From an uncultured archaeon (GTDB lineage Archaea > Asgardarchaeota > Lokiarchaeia > Sigyniarchaeales > SOKP01): a stretch of DNA of 64,000 nucleotides. The notes below the pieces were generated by a model. That model made no database searches. It was given only the letters and a program-made list of their open reading frames with translations, and was not told the origin of the DNA. Positions 20,979-31,558 of the stretch are shown one piece after another; position 1 is the first letter of the stretch; every line of letters starts with the position of its first letter. Both the position numbers and the translations under genes were made by a program. The DNA is taken from assembly GCA_964486045.1 (NCBI GenBank), contig CAZALK010000005.1:190713-254712 (forward strand), written 5' to 3'.

Positions 20979-22187
20979 TCATCTCAAACAACAATCTTTG
21001 TATTTTATTTTGCTTCCACATGGGCAAAGTGCATTACGACCAATTTTTTTTACTTTTATTTGAAATTTTGAGTCAATTTTTGAATTATTTTTGATTTTTT
21101 CTGCTAGAACTTTAAATCGAGGCAAATTGTTAACGTAAAATTTTCTCCATCCTTTGCATAATACACTTAAAGCTTTTGAGGACTCTATGAGATTGTACCG
21201 ATGTTTTTGACAGTCTCCATGACATAAATTAATGAATGGACAAGAAAGGCACCTGTTATTGGACTTAACTTTAAGACTACCGAAGTTTTGATACATTGCT
21301 GAATTTAAGAAATCATTCCAGCCTTGCGTTCTTACATTCCCTAACAACAGGCCTTTTTGAACAAAGAAATCGCATGGATAAACGTTACCATTATATTCTA
21401 CCACGAAATATTGACAACAATTATTTCCCATATAACAAACGCTATAGGTTCCAGATACCAAAAAATTCAAGATAGAATCAAATAATCGAATTGAGACCTT
21501 GTTAATGTCTTCTTTTATCCAATGTTCAAATAATTCACAAAGAAAATCCCCCCAATCTTCTCCCGTGATAGAAAATGGTTTAAGTTTACCATTTTCACCA
21601 AATTCAACACAAGGAATATACTGATGATAGAGAAAATCTTTTTCTTTTAAATAGTGGTATATCTCACTTGCTCTCATTACGGTTTTATTATTAATTAGAG
21701 TAAGAATGTTAAATTCAACATTATGTTTCTTTAAGTGACTTATTCCACGTAATACTTGGGAATGAGTGGGTTTAAAACCTCTTGTTTTTCTATAAAAATC
21801 ATGTAGATGTTCTGGTCCATCAAGGCTAACACCAAGAAGAAATTTATATTCAGCAAAAAATTCAGCCATTTCATTGGTAATAAGAGTTCCATTTGTCTGC
21901 AACCCATTACTTATGACCGCATTAGGAGGAGCGTATTTTGTCTGAAGTTCTACTGCTTTTTTAAAAAATTTCAAACCCATTATGGTTGGTTCTCCACCCT
22001 GCCACCCAAAAGCATAATTATTGTCTTGATTAGTCTGCATGTAGCCAGATATCATACTTTCTAATATGTCTTCTGACATTCTAGGGTGATTTTCTACGAT
22101 CTTTAAGTGATCAATATAAAAACAATATTGACATCTAAGATTACAATCAGCAGAGGCAGGTTTGATTAGTAATGAAAAGGGTGTCAT
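20979..22187 (-). CDS. Anaerobic sulfatase maturase (radical SAM/SPASM, C-terminal SEC-C)
   Basis: CNLRCQYC, WQGGEPT, YPCDF and GRNALCPCGSKIKYKDCC motifs. Confidence 0.92.
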   Translation of the reverse strand: MTPFSLLIKPASADCNLRCQYCFYIDHLKIVENHPRMSEDILESMISGYMQTNQDNNYAFGWQGGEPTIMGLKFFKKAVELQTKYAPPNAVISNGLQTNGTLITNEMAEFFAEYKFLLGVSLDGPEHLHDFYRKTRGFKPTHSQVLRGISHLKKHNVEFNILTLINNKTVMRASEIYHYLKEKDFLYHQYIPCVEFGENGKLKPFSITGEDWGDFLCELFEHWIKEDINKVSIRLFDSILNFLVSGTYSVCYMGNNCCQYFVVEYNGNVYPCDFFVQKGLLLGNVRTQGWNDFLNSAMYQNFGSLKVKSNNRCLSCPFINLCHGDCQKHRYNLIESSKALSVLCKGWRKFYVNNLPRFKVLAEKIKNNSKIDSKFQIKVKKIGRNALCPCGSKIKYKDCCLR

Positions 22188-22227
22188 TTTAATAATAATT
22201 TATTTTCATCATCATAACTATAAACAC

Positions 22228-24000
22228 TCATTTTGCTTTTCTTTTAACTAATTCCGGAAGATTTCTAAAATATCCTTGAAATCTTTTTGGAATATATTGA
22301 TTAAAAGATTCGGCAATGAACTTTTCATCTATTTTAAAAATTTTCTTGCTTTTTATTATTCTTTCTACTTCTAGAACCCATGAATCTCGTATTGGTAAAG
22401 GAATATAATTTAAACAGAGATAAAACATACTTTTTCCCTTATTTTTCCATATTATTTCGGTTTCACCAATTATATCATTTATATCTGCTCGATCTTCCCT
22501 CAATAAACAGTGCTTACTTAATATTTGATTGTCAATGGGTATTCCTAGACGTTCATATTGCTCAATTGGAGCATCATTTTTTTTCATTTCTTTAATCATT
22601 AACTTTATCATCCTTTTCTCAATTTCGGGATCAAAGATTGGATGTTCTTGATTCGGATCGTTTTGTAGGTCAAATAGGAAACTACCATATATAAATGGGT
22701 TTATCCAAGCTCTTGAGTTAAATCGCATTGTCTTACATCCTTTTGTAAAATCAAAAGGATCAGCCAAATTAACGGTTTTTATTTGATTAAGAGATAAAAA
22801 TCCACGCATTACTGTTGGTATGAGAGTGTAATTATAAAGGGGTTTGTTCATCGGATTTACAGGACTTCTCATATATACGTATCGTCCGTCTGTTATATTT
22901 ACATGAGCACCATGTACACCAAAGAGTGCTGTGTCCCTCACTTTGACATCTGTATCAACTGTTTCTTTTAAAATATTACCTTGCATATCTTTTGGACGTT
23001 TAACATTAAAAAATTCTAGTATAGTCGGTGCAAAGTCAGTCGTTTGTACGAGAGCATTTCGATTTTCATTCCGTTTTCCTGATCTTGGATCCCATATAAA
23101 TAACGGTATCTGGGCAATTTCATTATAAACGGGTTGTATCATTTTTCCCCACCAATCTTTTTCACTTAATAGAAATCCATGATCGGTTGAAACAATCAGC
23201 AAGGTGTCCTTCCACATATTATTTTTATCCATGAAATCTAATATTTTGCCAAGGTAATTATCACACATGCTCACAGAAGCAGCATATTGTTTTCGACAGT
23301 GTTCTATTTCTTCAGGAGATTCAGTTACTACTGAATAATTCGGCCAATCAAAATGAGGTCCATCATAATCATCTCTATATAAATCTTTATATTTTTGCGG
23401 TACAAAAAAGGGTTCATGAGGATCAAACGTTTCCAAGTGTAAGAACCAGTTATCTTCCATATGATTTTTTTCAAGAAACTCTAATCCTAATCTAAAAGTT
23501 TTTGCTTGAGGCATGTCTTCTTCTTTTTGCATATATTTTCTATTAACCCAATCTTGGCGCCAATGTTCATTACCCGTTCGCATATTCCTAATATGTTTAG
23601 GTATTTCTGGATCTTTTACTTCACCTTTCCAAGCATCTCCCTCATGTCCGCGAACAATCTCCCATGAAGTATACCTATTATGGTAAGTTCCACCTCCATC
23701 TTCCCAGTAGTGATAATGATCACTAACAAGATGAGAATAAACCCCATTTCTTTTTAAAATTTCAGGCATAGAATCATCAAATGGTTCCAAGGATCCCCAA
23801 CTTCTGTGTAGAAAATTATATCTCCCTGTGTGTAATTCCCGTCTTGCAGGCATACACGGAAGACTTCCAACATAATGGTTATCAAAAAATACAGTTTTTT
23901 CCGCAAGTCTTTTAAAATTTGGAGCATGAACCCAATCATATTCTAAAAACCTTTTATTCAGAGTATCAAAAAGAATCAGAATTGCCTTCATTTTTTCCAC
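22228..24000 (-). CDS. Cys-type sulfatase
   Basis: CMPARRELHTG, FDPHEP and STDHG motifs; upstream of its maturase. Confidence 0.92.
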   Translation of the reverse strand: MEKMKAILILFDTLNKRFLEYDWVHAPNFKRLAEKTVFFDNHYVGSLPCMPARRELHTGRYNFLHRSWGSLEPFDDSMPEILKRNGVYSHLVSDHYHYWEDGGGTYHNRYTSWEIVRGHEGDAWKGEVKDPEIPKHIRNMRTGNEHWRQDWVNRKYMQKEEDMPQAKTFRLGLEFLEKNHMEDNWFLHLETFDPHEPFFVPQKYKDLYRDDYDGPHFDWPNYSVVTESPEEIEHCRKQYAASVSMCDNYLGKILDFMDKNNMWKDTLLIVSTDHGFLLSEKDWWGKMIQPVYNEIAQIPLFIWDPRSGKRNENRNALVQTTDFAPTILEFFNVKRPKDMQGNILKETVDTDVKVRDTALFGVHGAHVNITDGRYVYMRSPVNPMNKPLYNYTLIPTVMRGFLSLNQIKTVNLADPFDFTKGCKTMRFNSRAWINPFIYGSFLFDLQNDPNQEHPIFDPEIEKRMIKLMIKEMKKNDAPIEQYERLGIPIDNQILSKHCLLREDRADINDIIGETEIIWKNKGKSMFYLCLNYIPLPIRDSWVLEVERIIKSKKIFKIDEKFIAESFNQYIPKRFQGYFRNLPELVKRKAK

Positions 24001-24097
24001 TAAAATTATTTATATTGAAGAACTTTTAATTAAATTTATTTAATCTCTATTGGTAATTATAGTTATCTGTAGTATAGATAAATTTTTGATGACCTTA

Positions 24098-24859
24098 ATG
24101 TTTTCACATGGTATTGTTAGAGCCCCTTCAAAAAATTTTCATGATGGTTTAACTACTTCTAATTTAGGAAAACCATATTATACTAAAGCAATTAAGCAGC
24201 ATTCGAATTATGTCAATGCATTAAAAAAATGCGGAATAGATATAATAACATTAAAAGCTGATGAAAGATTTCCAGATTCAACATTTGTGGAAGATGCTGC
24301 TGTTGTCAATGAAGATATAGCAGTTATAACTAACCTAGGGGCACCAAGCAGGAGAGGAGAAGAAGGAGATGTAAAAAACGTTTTAGAGAACTATTACAAC
24401 AATGTAGAGTCAATTGAAAATCCTGGGACATTAGAAGGCGGAGATGTCTTAAGAATAGAGAATGAATATTTTATTGGGCTATCGTCGAGAACAAATAAGG
24501 AAGGCGCGAAACAATTTGAAAATATATTAAAAAAGTACGGATACTCATGTATGTTAATCCCATTAACAAAATTTCTTCATCTCAAAACAGGAGTGGCTTA
24601 TATTGGGGACAATAATTTGATTGTATCAGGAGAATTAAGTGGTAATCCTATTTTCAATGATTACAATCTCATAAAAGTTGAAGAAGAAGAAAAATATGCT
24701 TCTAACTGTATAAGAGTCAATAATTATGTGCTAATTGCTGAAGGATTTAAAAAGTTTAAAGATACTATTATGAGTTTAGGATACAAAACCCTTGAAATAG
24801 ATATGTCAGAATTTAAAAAGATGGATGGTGGGCTTTCATGTCTATCATTAAGATTTTAA
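24098..24859 (+). CDS. Dimethylarginine dimethylaminohydrolase family amidinotransferase
   Basis: FPDSTFVEDAA, LEGGDV, LHLKT and DGGLSCLS motifs. Confidence 0.9.
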   Translation: MFSHGIVRAPSKNFHDGLTTSNLGKPYYTKAIKQHSNYVNALKKCGIDIITLKADERFPDSTFVEDAAVVNEDIAVITNLGAPSRRGEEGDVKNVLENYYNNVESIENPGTLEGGDVLRIENEYFIGLSSRTNKEGAKQFENILKKYGYSCMLIPLTKFLHLKTGVAYIGDNNLIVSGELSGNPIFNDYNLIKVEEEEKYASNCIRVNNYVLIAEGFKKFKDTIMSLGYKTLEIDMSEFKKMDGGLSCLSLRF

Positions 24860-24925
24860 GTTTGATTTCTATCAAAATAAAAGAACTGAAAGTGTTGATT
24901 AGGAATAGAATTCAATAATAAAGAA

Positions 24926-26449
24926 TTGGGAGTTGTTCTTACACCTCCAAAAACAGCAGAATATATTATATCCCGATTAGGACAAATCAAAGAAGAACAG
25001 AAGATTTTGGATCCATGTGTAGGTCCTGGAATGTTTGTAACAAAATTACTAGAATCAGGTATTGATAACAGTCAAATTTATTCCTTCGATATTAATAATA
25101 ATTATAAATTTGAAATTGAGAAGCTTGGAATTTCCTTTAAAAAGCAAGACACACTTTTAACTTTATATCCTGATTCTTATAATGAATTTGATATTATTCT
25201 AGGCAATCCACCATACCTAAATAAAGCAAGTGCATACGTAAAAAAAAATAAAACTAAGCTAAGAAATATTTATGGAAAAATAAATTCTCATGAAACTTAT
25301 TCAATGTTTATAGTAAATAGCATTTGGAGATTAAAAGAGGGGGGAAAATTAGGATTTATAACCAGTGATTCATTTTTAACTCTAAGCACCCATAAAAAGC
25401 TAAGGAGATTTATCCTTAATAACTGCCTCATTAATGAAATTCTTCTTGCACCTAAGGGATTGTTTTCAAATCAAAAAGTAAGCACAAGTCCTGTTATTTT
25501 GATTTTAACGAAATATACAGGTCATAAGAATAAAATAACTAGAGAAAATAATATAATGAGAATTATTCCTCGTGTAAATAGTGAAGATGATTATAAATCA
25601 CCGAAAGAGATTAATGAATTAAAGCAAGTGAGATATAGATCTTTCCCATTTAACATATTTTATATCGATGTTGAAAAAGAAGTTATAGAATTATTTGAAA
25701 AATCCCCTAAGTTAGAAGAATTTGTTAAGGGATTTATTGGAATGCATACCCATAATAATAGAAAATATATTGGTGCTGTTGAAGGTACAGATTTGGCAGA
25801 GATTTTTACCAAGCGAAATAAGAGCATACATAATCTAGATAATAAATATAAGATCGTTAAAAATAAGGATTTAGAGGCTCATAAGTGGAAATCTTATTTA
25901 AAGCGAGGTGGTGCGGATCTGTATTATAGACCAATAATGGAAGCCTTAGATTGGAGTGAAAAGTCAATAGAAGTGTATGATATTCCAAAAAGCGTTCCTT
26001 TTGAAGAAGAAGGATTGGTAATAAGTGGAGTTAGTTCTAGATTAGCAGCGCGTTATATGCCAAGAGAATGTTATTGGGATTCTAATAAAGCAATTGGATT
26101 TATAATTATCAAAAAATCTGTTTCTATTTATTATGTATTGGGTTTATTGAATAGTTCTTTATACAACTACCTAGCTAAGGGGATTATTAATAATACGTTT
26201 AGTATACAAATTTCAGGAATCCATGCTTTGCCATTTATTACCCCCGATAAAGAAACTAAGGAAATAATTGAACTTCAAGTTGATAAAATAATTAAAAATA
26301 AACGAAATAACCTTCAATTTGATTTCCATAAAGAGCAAAGGGTAATTGATGATACAATTTTCAATCTTTATGCCAAAAAATTCAATTTTTCCATGAAACT
26401 TAAAAAAAAACTAGATGAAAAGTTTTCTACATATAGAAAAGAGATTTAA
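24926..26449 (+). CDS. N6-adenine DNA methyltransferase, TaqI/Eco57I-like
   Basis: ILDPCVGPG, GNPPY, LGFITSDSFL and the TRD-like LGLLNSSL. Confidence 0.85.
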   Translation: MGVVLTPPKTAEYIISRLGQIKEEQKILDPCVGPGMFVTKLLESGIDNSQIYSFDINNNYKFEIEKLGISFKKQDTLLTLYPDSYNEFDIILGNPPYLNKASAYVKKNKTKLRNIYGKINSHETYSMFIVNSIWRLKEGGKLGFITSDSFLTLSTHKKLRRFILNNCLINEILLAPKGLFSNQKVSTSPVILILTKYTGHKNKITRENNIMRIIPRVNSEDDYKSPKEINELKQVRYRSFPFNIFYIDVEKEVIELFEKSPKLEEFVKGFIGMHTHNNRKYIGAVEGTDLAEIFTKRNKSIHNLDNKYKIVKNKDLEAHKWKSYLKRGGADLYYRPIMEALDWSEKSIEVYDIPKSVPFEEEGLVISGVSSRLAARYMPRECYWDSNKAIGFIIIKKSVSIYYVLGLLNSSLYNYLAKGIINNTFSIQISGIHALPFITPDKETKEIIELQVDKIIKNKRNNLQFDFHKEQRVIDDTIFNLYAKKFNFSMKLKKKLDEKFSTYRKEI

Positions 26450-26603
26450 AAATTTATATTCAATTTTCACTCAAATTTAATTGGTTTTTATCAGAGGATA
26501 AATTAGTACTTTTATCGTATTTAAGACTAGAAAATGAATTATTAACAAAATTGAAAAGCATTATACCAAAAGAAATAATAAAAACATAACAAAATGATGT
26601 TAT

Positions 26604-27638
26604 ATGGTTATTGAGACAAACATAACTAAAATGTTTGGGATTAAACATCCTATAATTGGAGCTCCAATGGGCCCTTTTTATACTACTGATTTAACTATTG
26701 CAGTTTCAGAAGCCGGTGGTTTAGGGGTATTAAGCCATACTAACTTATTTGGAGGGAGTCCAATCGAGGAAATGAAAAATCATATGTTAAAAGTGGTAGA
26801 ACATACCGATAAACCATTTGGTTTCAATGTTAGGACAGCCCGGATGCAACCAGACGCACCTACTCTTTGTAGAAAAATACCGAAATTTATAATGGATAAT
26901 CCTAAAATAAAGGAACAATGTAAATATGTAATTACAAGCGCAGGTTCACCTAAAATGATGAAATCAAGAAGTTTCCAGAGATTAAAGGAGAGTGGTTCGG
27001 ATATTAAGCATTTTCATGTCGCTCCAGCATTATGGCTTGCAGATAAATGTATGGCAGCTGAAGTTGATGGGATGGTAATAACTGGAAGCGAAGGAGGTGG
27101 TCATCAATCATATGAAAAGGTTAGCACGTTAGTTTTACTTCAACAAGTAGTAGAGAAATACCCAGATGTTCCTATTATTGCTTGTGGAGGATTCGCTACT
27201 GGTCAAGGACTAGCCGCAGCTTTGGCTATGGGCGCTGGAGCAGTAGCAATGGGTTCGAGATTTATCGCATCAAAAGAAAGTGAATTTCACGAAAATTATA
27301 AAAATATCGTCCCTCCTGCTAAAGCTCAAGATACTGTTCTAGTAACTGGATTTTTCGGACCTATTAGATTGTGGAAAAATAAATATGCTTCATCTCATGG
27401 CCTAGTTGCTAGTAAAGAGGAAAAAATCGCAATAGAGGTCGCTTTAACTGCTGATGAAATGATGAATCAACTAAAAAAAGGTGAACTTGCTTATGAAGGA
27501 AATATTGAAGATGGTAGTATTCTATTAGGTCAGAGTATAGGAATTATTAACAAAATTGAAAGTGTAAAAGATATTATCAATACGATTGTCTCAAATGCAG
27601 AGGATTCTCTAAAAGGCGCTTGTACCCAAATTAAATAA
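26604..27638 (+). CDS. Nitronate monooxygenase / FabK-like flavoprotein
   Basis: AVSEAGGLG, GSEGGGH, IACGG and GAVAMGSRF motifs. Confidence 0.88.
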   Translation: MVIETNITKMFGIKHPIIGAPMGPFYTTDLTIAVSEAGGLGVLSHTNLFGGSPIEEMKNHMLKVVEHTDKPFGFNVRTARMQPDAPTLCRKIPKFIMDNPKIKEQCKYVITSAGSPKMMKSRSFQRLKESGSDIKHFHVAPALWLADKCMAAEVDGMVITGSEGGGHQSYEKVSTLVLLQQVVEKYPDVPIIACGGFATGQGLAAALAMGAGAVAMGSRFIASKESEFHENYKNIVPPAKAQDTVLVTGFFGPIRLWKNKYASSHGLVASKEEKIAIEVALTADEMMNQLKKGELAYEGNIEDGSILLGQSIGIINKIESVKDIINTIVSNAEDSLKGACTQIK

Positions 27639-27799
27639 CAAAATTTTAAAAAACTTCTCGCTGATCAATGAATTTTTTTAATTTTTCCTTTTTCTTATCT
27701 TGAAATTATTTGAAAAAGTTTGAAAATTCAATATGCCCCTACGATTTATAAATTAAACACCAAGAGATAGAATTAAAAACTATCCATAAAAATTGTGAA

Positions 27800-29128
27800 A
27801 TGTCTCCTTCCATTCTAACCAAGATTCGTGTTTTAGGGGAAAATTCAAAATATGATATTTGTGCAAGTACCGCTTCCAGTCGTAGCACTAAATATCCAAA
27901 ACTTTTTGGGGATTCAAAAAAATGGATAGGAGCTACAGAAAGTGCCGGGATTTGCCATAGTTATACTCCTGATGGTAGATGCATGAGCCTTTTCAAAACC
28001 CTTTATACAAACAAATGCATTTATAATTGTAAATATTGTTTTTCTCAATCTTGTAAGAAAAAGATGAGCTTCACACCAGAAGAATATGCTCGTACATTTA
28101 TGAAGCTTTATACTATGAATACTGTAGAAGGTGTATTCATATCATCTGGAGTTTGTGGGAGTGCCGATAAAACAACAGAGGACATGTTAGAAGCGATACG
28201 ACTTTTAAGATTCAAGTATAATTTCCAAGGTTATGTACATTTCAAGTGTTTACCTGGTGTAAGCAAATATCTGCTCAAAGAAGCAATAACTTTATCAGAT
28301 CGTATCTCAATCAATACGGAAGCCTCTACTAAGGATTATCTAGCTGAAATTGCAGATCAAAAAGATTTTAATAATGATATTCTAACTCGTCAACACTGGT
28401 TAAAGCAAATTCGTATTAAACATAATGATGAAACCCTTAAAATATTGAGGGATTTGCAACAAGACGAAAAATTAGACTATCAAGAAAAAATGATTAAAGA
28501 TAGAAGAGAAAATGGGTATAAGAAATTTCGATGGGACGGAGCACCAATTCTTAATAGTGGACAAACAACTCAGTTTGTGGTAGGGGCTGCCGAAAGTGAA
28601 ACTGATTATGATTTACTTAAAAGGATTGATTGGGGATATCGAGAAATTGATTTAAGGCGTGCTTATTTTTCATCTTTCATTCCGATTGAAGGTACACCTT
28701 TAGCAGGTAAGCAGGCTGCCTCACTAGCAAGAGAGCATCGGTTATATCAAACAGATTGGCTACTGAGGATATATCATTATAAATTGAAAGATATAGAAGA
28801 TGTGATTACCGAGGAAGGTAATTTACCACAAGGAGATCCGAAAATTCATTTAGCTAGGCAATATTTTAAAGATCATAGTTTAGTAGATCCAAATCAAGCA
28901 TCCTATCATGAATTATTGCGAGTTCCTGGAATTGGTCCTATTTCAGCGAAGAGGATAATAAACTTACGAGCAAAAAAATTTATTTTTAAGCATCGTGAGA
29001 ATTTAAAGAATGTTGGTGTAGTATTAAAACGAGCTGATCCCTTTCTTCAAATAAATGGGCAAAATCAAACAACGCTTCATGATTTTATTAATAATGACAA
29101 TCTAACAATTGAAGGTGAAATCAAATGA
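27800..29128 (+). CDS. Putative DNA modification/repair radical SAM protein with HhH
   Basis: KYDICAS, GICHSYTPDGRC, CIYNCKYC, REHRLYQTDWL and LLRVPGIG motifs. Confidence 0.88.
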   Translation: MSPSILTKIRVLGENSKYDICASTASSRSTKYPKLFGDSKKWIGATESAGICHSYTPDGRCMSLFKTLYTNKCIYNCKYCFSQSCKKKMSFTPEEYARTFMKLYTMNTVEGVFISSGVCGSADKTTEDMLEAIRLLRFKYNFQGYVHFKCLPGVSKYLLKEAITLSDRISINTEASTKDYLAEIADQKDFNNDILTRQHWLKQIRIKHNDETLKILRDLQQDEKLDYQEKMIKDRRENGYKKFRWDGAPILNSGQTTQFVVGAAESETDYDLLKRIDWGYREIDLRRAYFSSFIPIEGTPLAGKQAASLAREHRLYQTDWLLRIYHYKLKDIEDVITEEGNLPQGDPKIHLARQYFKDHSLVDPNQASYHELLRVPGIGPISAKRIINLRAKKFIFKHRENLKNVGVVLKRADPFLQINGQNQTTLHDFINNDNLTIEGEIK

Positions 29129-29787
29129 CCAGGAGTGGAAATAAGCAAGATCCGTTAGAAGTTGTAGGTTGTGCCAAAGGATATTCACATGAAGAATTAA
29201 TTAAAAATCTACCACGTCATTGTAAATCAACTCCTGGTCTAATAGAACAGATAAAGAAAATACCTGAAGTAGTTTTTCGCAATTCAGGTACACTTTTTGC
29301 TAAAAAAGTAAATAAAATGATGCGGGAAGTTAATACTGAAACTTATCGTGCGAATCAATTTACACGGACAGAAATAAATAACCATGGTGTACTATTTGGG
29401 GTCGTTTTGCTCAAACATCAGGTTATAGATCTAGTTCTTGATTATTTCCACAAAAGATTTCCAGAATCGATAATATGTCTATACAATGAACACACGAAAA
29501 AAACAACTTCTATGGATGAAAAAAGAAAGATATTGGTTTCTAAATCTTCTTTAAATAAAGTTGTGGAGAAAGTTAGTGAAAATCGTCCCATTGTTCCCTT
29601 TTTTGAAGATATAAACTTCACCAGTGAACAGATCTTTGAAACTCTTTACAAATCACAGTTTATTCCTGAGCGAGAAAACAAAGATTTTTTTAAAAAAATG
29701 ATACCAGACAAATGTTTTGAATTACCAGGGATGAAAGGTGGAGTGGAAAAACGTTTTCGAAATAAAGATATTAGTGACTTTCTTTAA
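29125..29787 (+). CDS. DUF4130-like partner of the DNA-repair radical SAM protein
   Basis: 4-bp overlap with the radical SAM gene; YFHKRFP and LYKSQFIPEREN resemble the family. Confidence 0.65.
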   Translation: MTRSGNKQDPLEVVGCAKGYSHEELIKNLPRHCKSTPGLIEQIKKIPEVVFRNSGTLFAKKVNKMMREVNTETYRANQFTRTEINNHGVLFGVVLLKHQVIDLVLDYFHKRFPESIICLYNEHTKKTTSMDEKRKILVSKSSLNKVVEKVSENRPIVPFFEDINFTSEQIFETLYKSQFIPERENKDFFKKMIPDKCFELPGMKGGVEKRFRNKDISDFL

Positions 29788-29789
29788 GG

Positions 29790-30566
29790 TTATATTATCT
29801 TAGCAAACAAATCTTTAGCAGTCTTATAGGCGTCGTTCTCGTTATTCAGGAATAGGAGATTTTCACCAATTAAGTTAATTCTACTGATTTCTTCACTATT
29901 TGATACAAAACCTAAAAGTTTTACATTCTTTTCATTAATATTAGCAACTTCTTTTTTTAATATTTCTCTTACATTTTCTGGAAACCGATTTCCCAATATC
30001 CAAATATTTTCAAACAATAAATCTACCTCTTTAGTTAATTCTATAATCCGTTTCATCGTGTGAATACCCATTTTGCTAGGATCAGTTACAATAACTAAAT
30101 CTGTGACATTTCGACCGGTTTTTCGGGAAAAGTATTCTAACCCTGCAGGTGCATCTATAAATGTCACATCATAATTTTTGGAGAGAATGTCAATTACTCG
30201 CTTTAAGGTGTTATTTACACTACAGTAACATCCTTCACCTTCGCTACGCCCCATTTCAAGGATATCGAATTCATCCATTTCGAGCAAGGCACTGAAAACT
30301 TCAGACTCAATAACTTGATCTTTTGAGACATCTAGGGGTATTTGGCGTTTCTGTATTTTATTTTTGAGAACTGTCATTTTTCCGCCAATTGTTTCTTTAA
30401 AGTTTATTTCTTTTCCAATTATATCTCCTATATTTGCATCGGGATCGGCATCAATTACGAGGATATCGAGTTTTTCATATTTTTCAAGGAGATACTTTAA
30501 CATTAAAACCAGGAGAGTAGATTTTCCGACACCACCTTTACCAGAAAATGAAATTATTTTTTTCAT
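29790..30566 (-). CDS. cooC: CooC-like nickel-insertion ATPase
   Basis: GKGGVGKS, IDADPD, GEGCYC and DAPAGLEYFSR motifs. Confidence 0.85.
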   Translation of the reverse strand: MKKIISFSGKGGVGKSTLLVLMLKYLLEKYEKLDILVIDADPDANIGDIIGKEINFKETIGGKMTVLKNKIQKRQIPLDVSKDQVIESEVFSALLEMDEFDILEMGRSEGEGCYCSVNNTLKRVIDILSKNYDVTFIDAPAGLEYFSRKTGRNVTDLVIVTDPSKMGIHTMKRIIELTKEVDLLFENIWILGNRFPENVREILKKEVANINEKNVKLLGFVSNSEEISRINLIGENLLFLNNENDAYKTAKDLFAKII

Positions 30567-30800
30567 GAAGATCCACTTCATATTTGTATTTAATCTAATT
30601 TATGATAATTGATTTAAAGTTAAAAATTTGCTATAAATATTTTAAAATGGGAAAGTTTATTCTAGTAAGAATTAAAAGCTTCATTCATAGAGAAACTAAT
30701 AAATAATAGAAAAGTAGAGAGAAATTATGATAATAATAGATATTAAGAATAACGAGATGAACAATTGCATATGATTTTTAGTATTAGGGGTGATTAAAGC

Positions 30801-31469
30801 TTGAAAAATGCAATAAATGATATTAAGGGAATTATCTTTGATTTTGACTATACATTAGCAGATTCTTCAAAAGGTGTTGTAGAGTGTGTAAATTATGCAT
30901 TGAAAAAGTTAAAGTTCTCAGAAATCCCCGATGAGGAAATTAAAAGGACTATTGGTCTTACACTTGACCAAACTTTTATAACATTAGCGGGAAGACAACA
31001 ATTAGATAAAACCGACCAATTTAAATGTTTTTTCGTTGAAAAGGCAGATGAAATTATGACAGATAATACTAAACTTTTTACAGAAACACCCCGCGTCATC
31101 AGATTATTACATAATAATGGTATTAAATTAGGGATCGTATCTACGAAATTTCGATATAGAATAACAAAAATTTTAGAGAGGGAAGCTCTTTTAGATTATT
31201 TCGAAGTTGTAATAGGTGGAGAAGATGTTTTGATCCTTAAACCGGATCCAATTGGTTTATTGGAAGTGATAAAAAAATTAAATTTATCTGTTTCACAAAC
31301 TATCTACATAGGAGATAGCATAACTGATGCTGAGACTGCACGGAGAGCAGGAATATATTTTATAGCAGTACTTACTGGTGTTACATTGCGAGACGATTTT
31401 GAAAACTATCCAGCTACTCAGTTTCTTAAAGATATCTCTGAAATCCCTAGATTATTAAATATTGTATGA
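30801..31469 (+). CDS. HAD-superfamily phosphatase
   Basis: FDFDYTL, KPDP and YIGDS motifs. Confidence 0.88.
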   Translation: MKNAINDIKGIIFDFDYTLADSSKGVVECVNYALKKLKFSEIPDEEIKRTIGLTLDQTFITLAGRQQLDKTDQFKCFFVEKADEIMTDNTKLFTETPRVIRLLHNNGIKLGIVSTKFRYRITKILEREALLDYFEVVIGGEDVLILKPDPIGLLEVIKKLNLSVSQTIYIGDSITDAETARRAGIYFIAVLTGVTLRDDFENYPATQFLKDISEIPRLLNIV

Positions 31470-31558
31470 AAATTTTCACCTAAATGTCGCTGTTTTAGAG
31501 TTGGTAATTAAAAGTATAAAATAGAAATTATAACGTCGGTTTGAGGGTATAAGTTTAA

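Noticed and set aside
28400-28560. Extra segment in the DNA-repair radical SAM protein as a possible in-frame intron
   Set aside because: No BHB motif was seen by eye and it reads as a charged helical protein insert.
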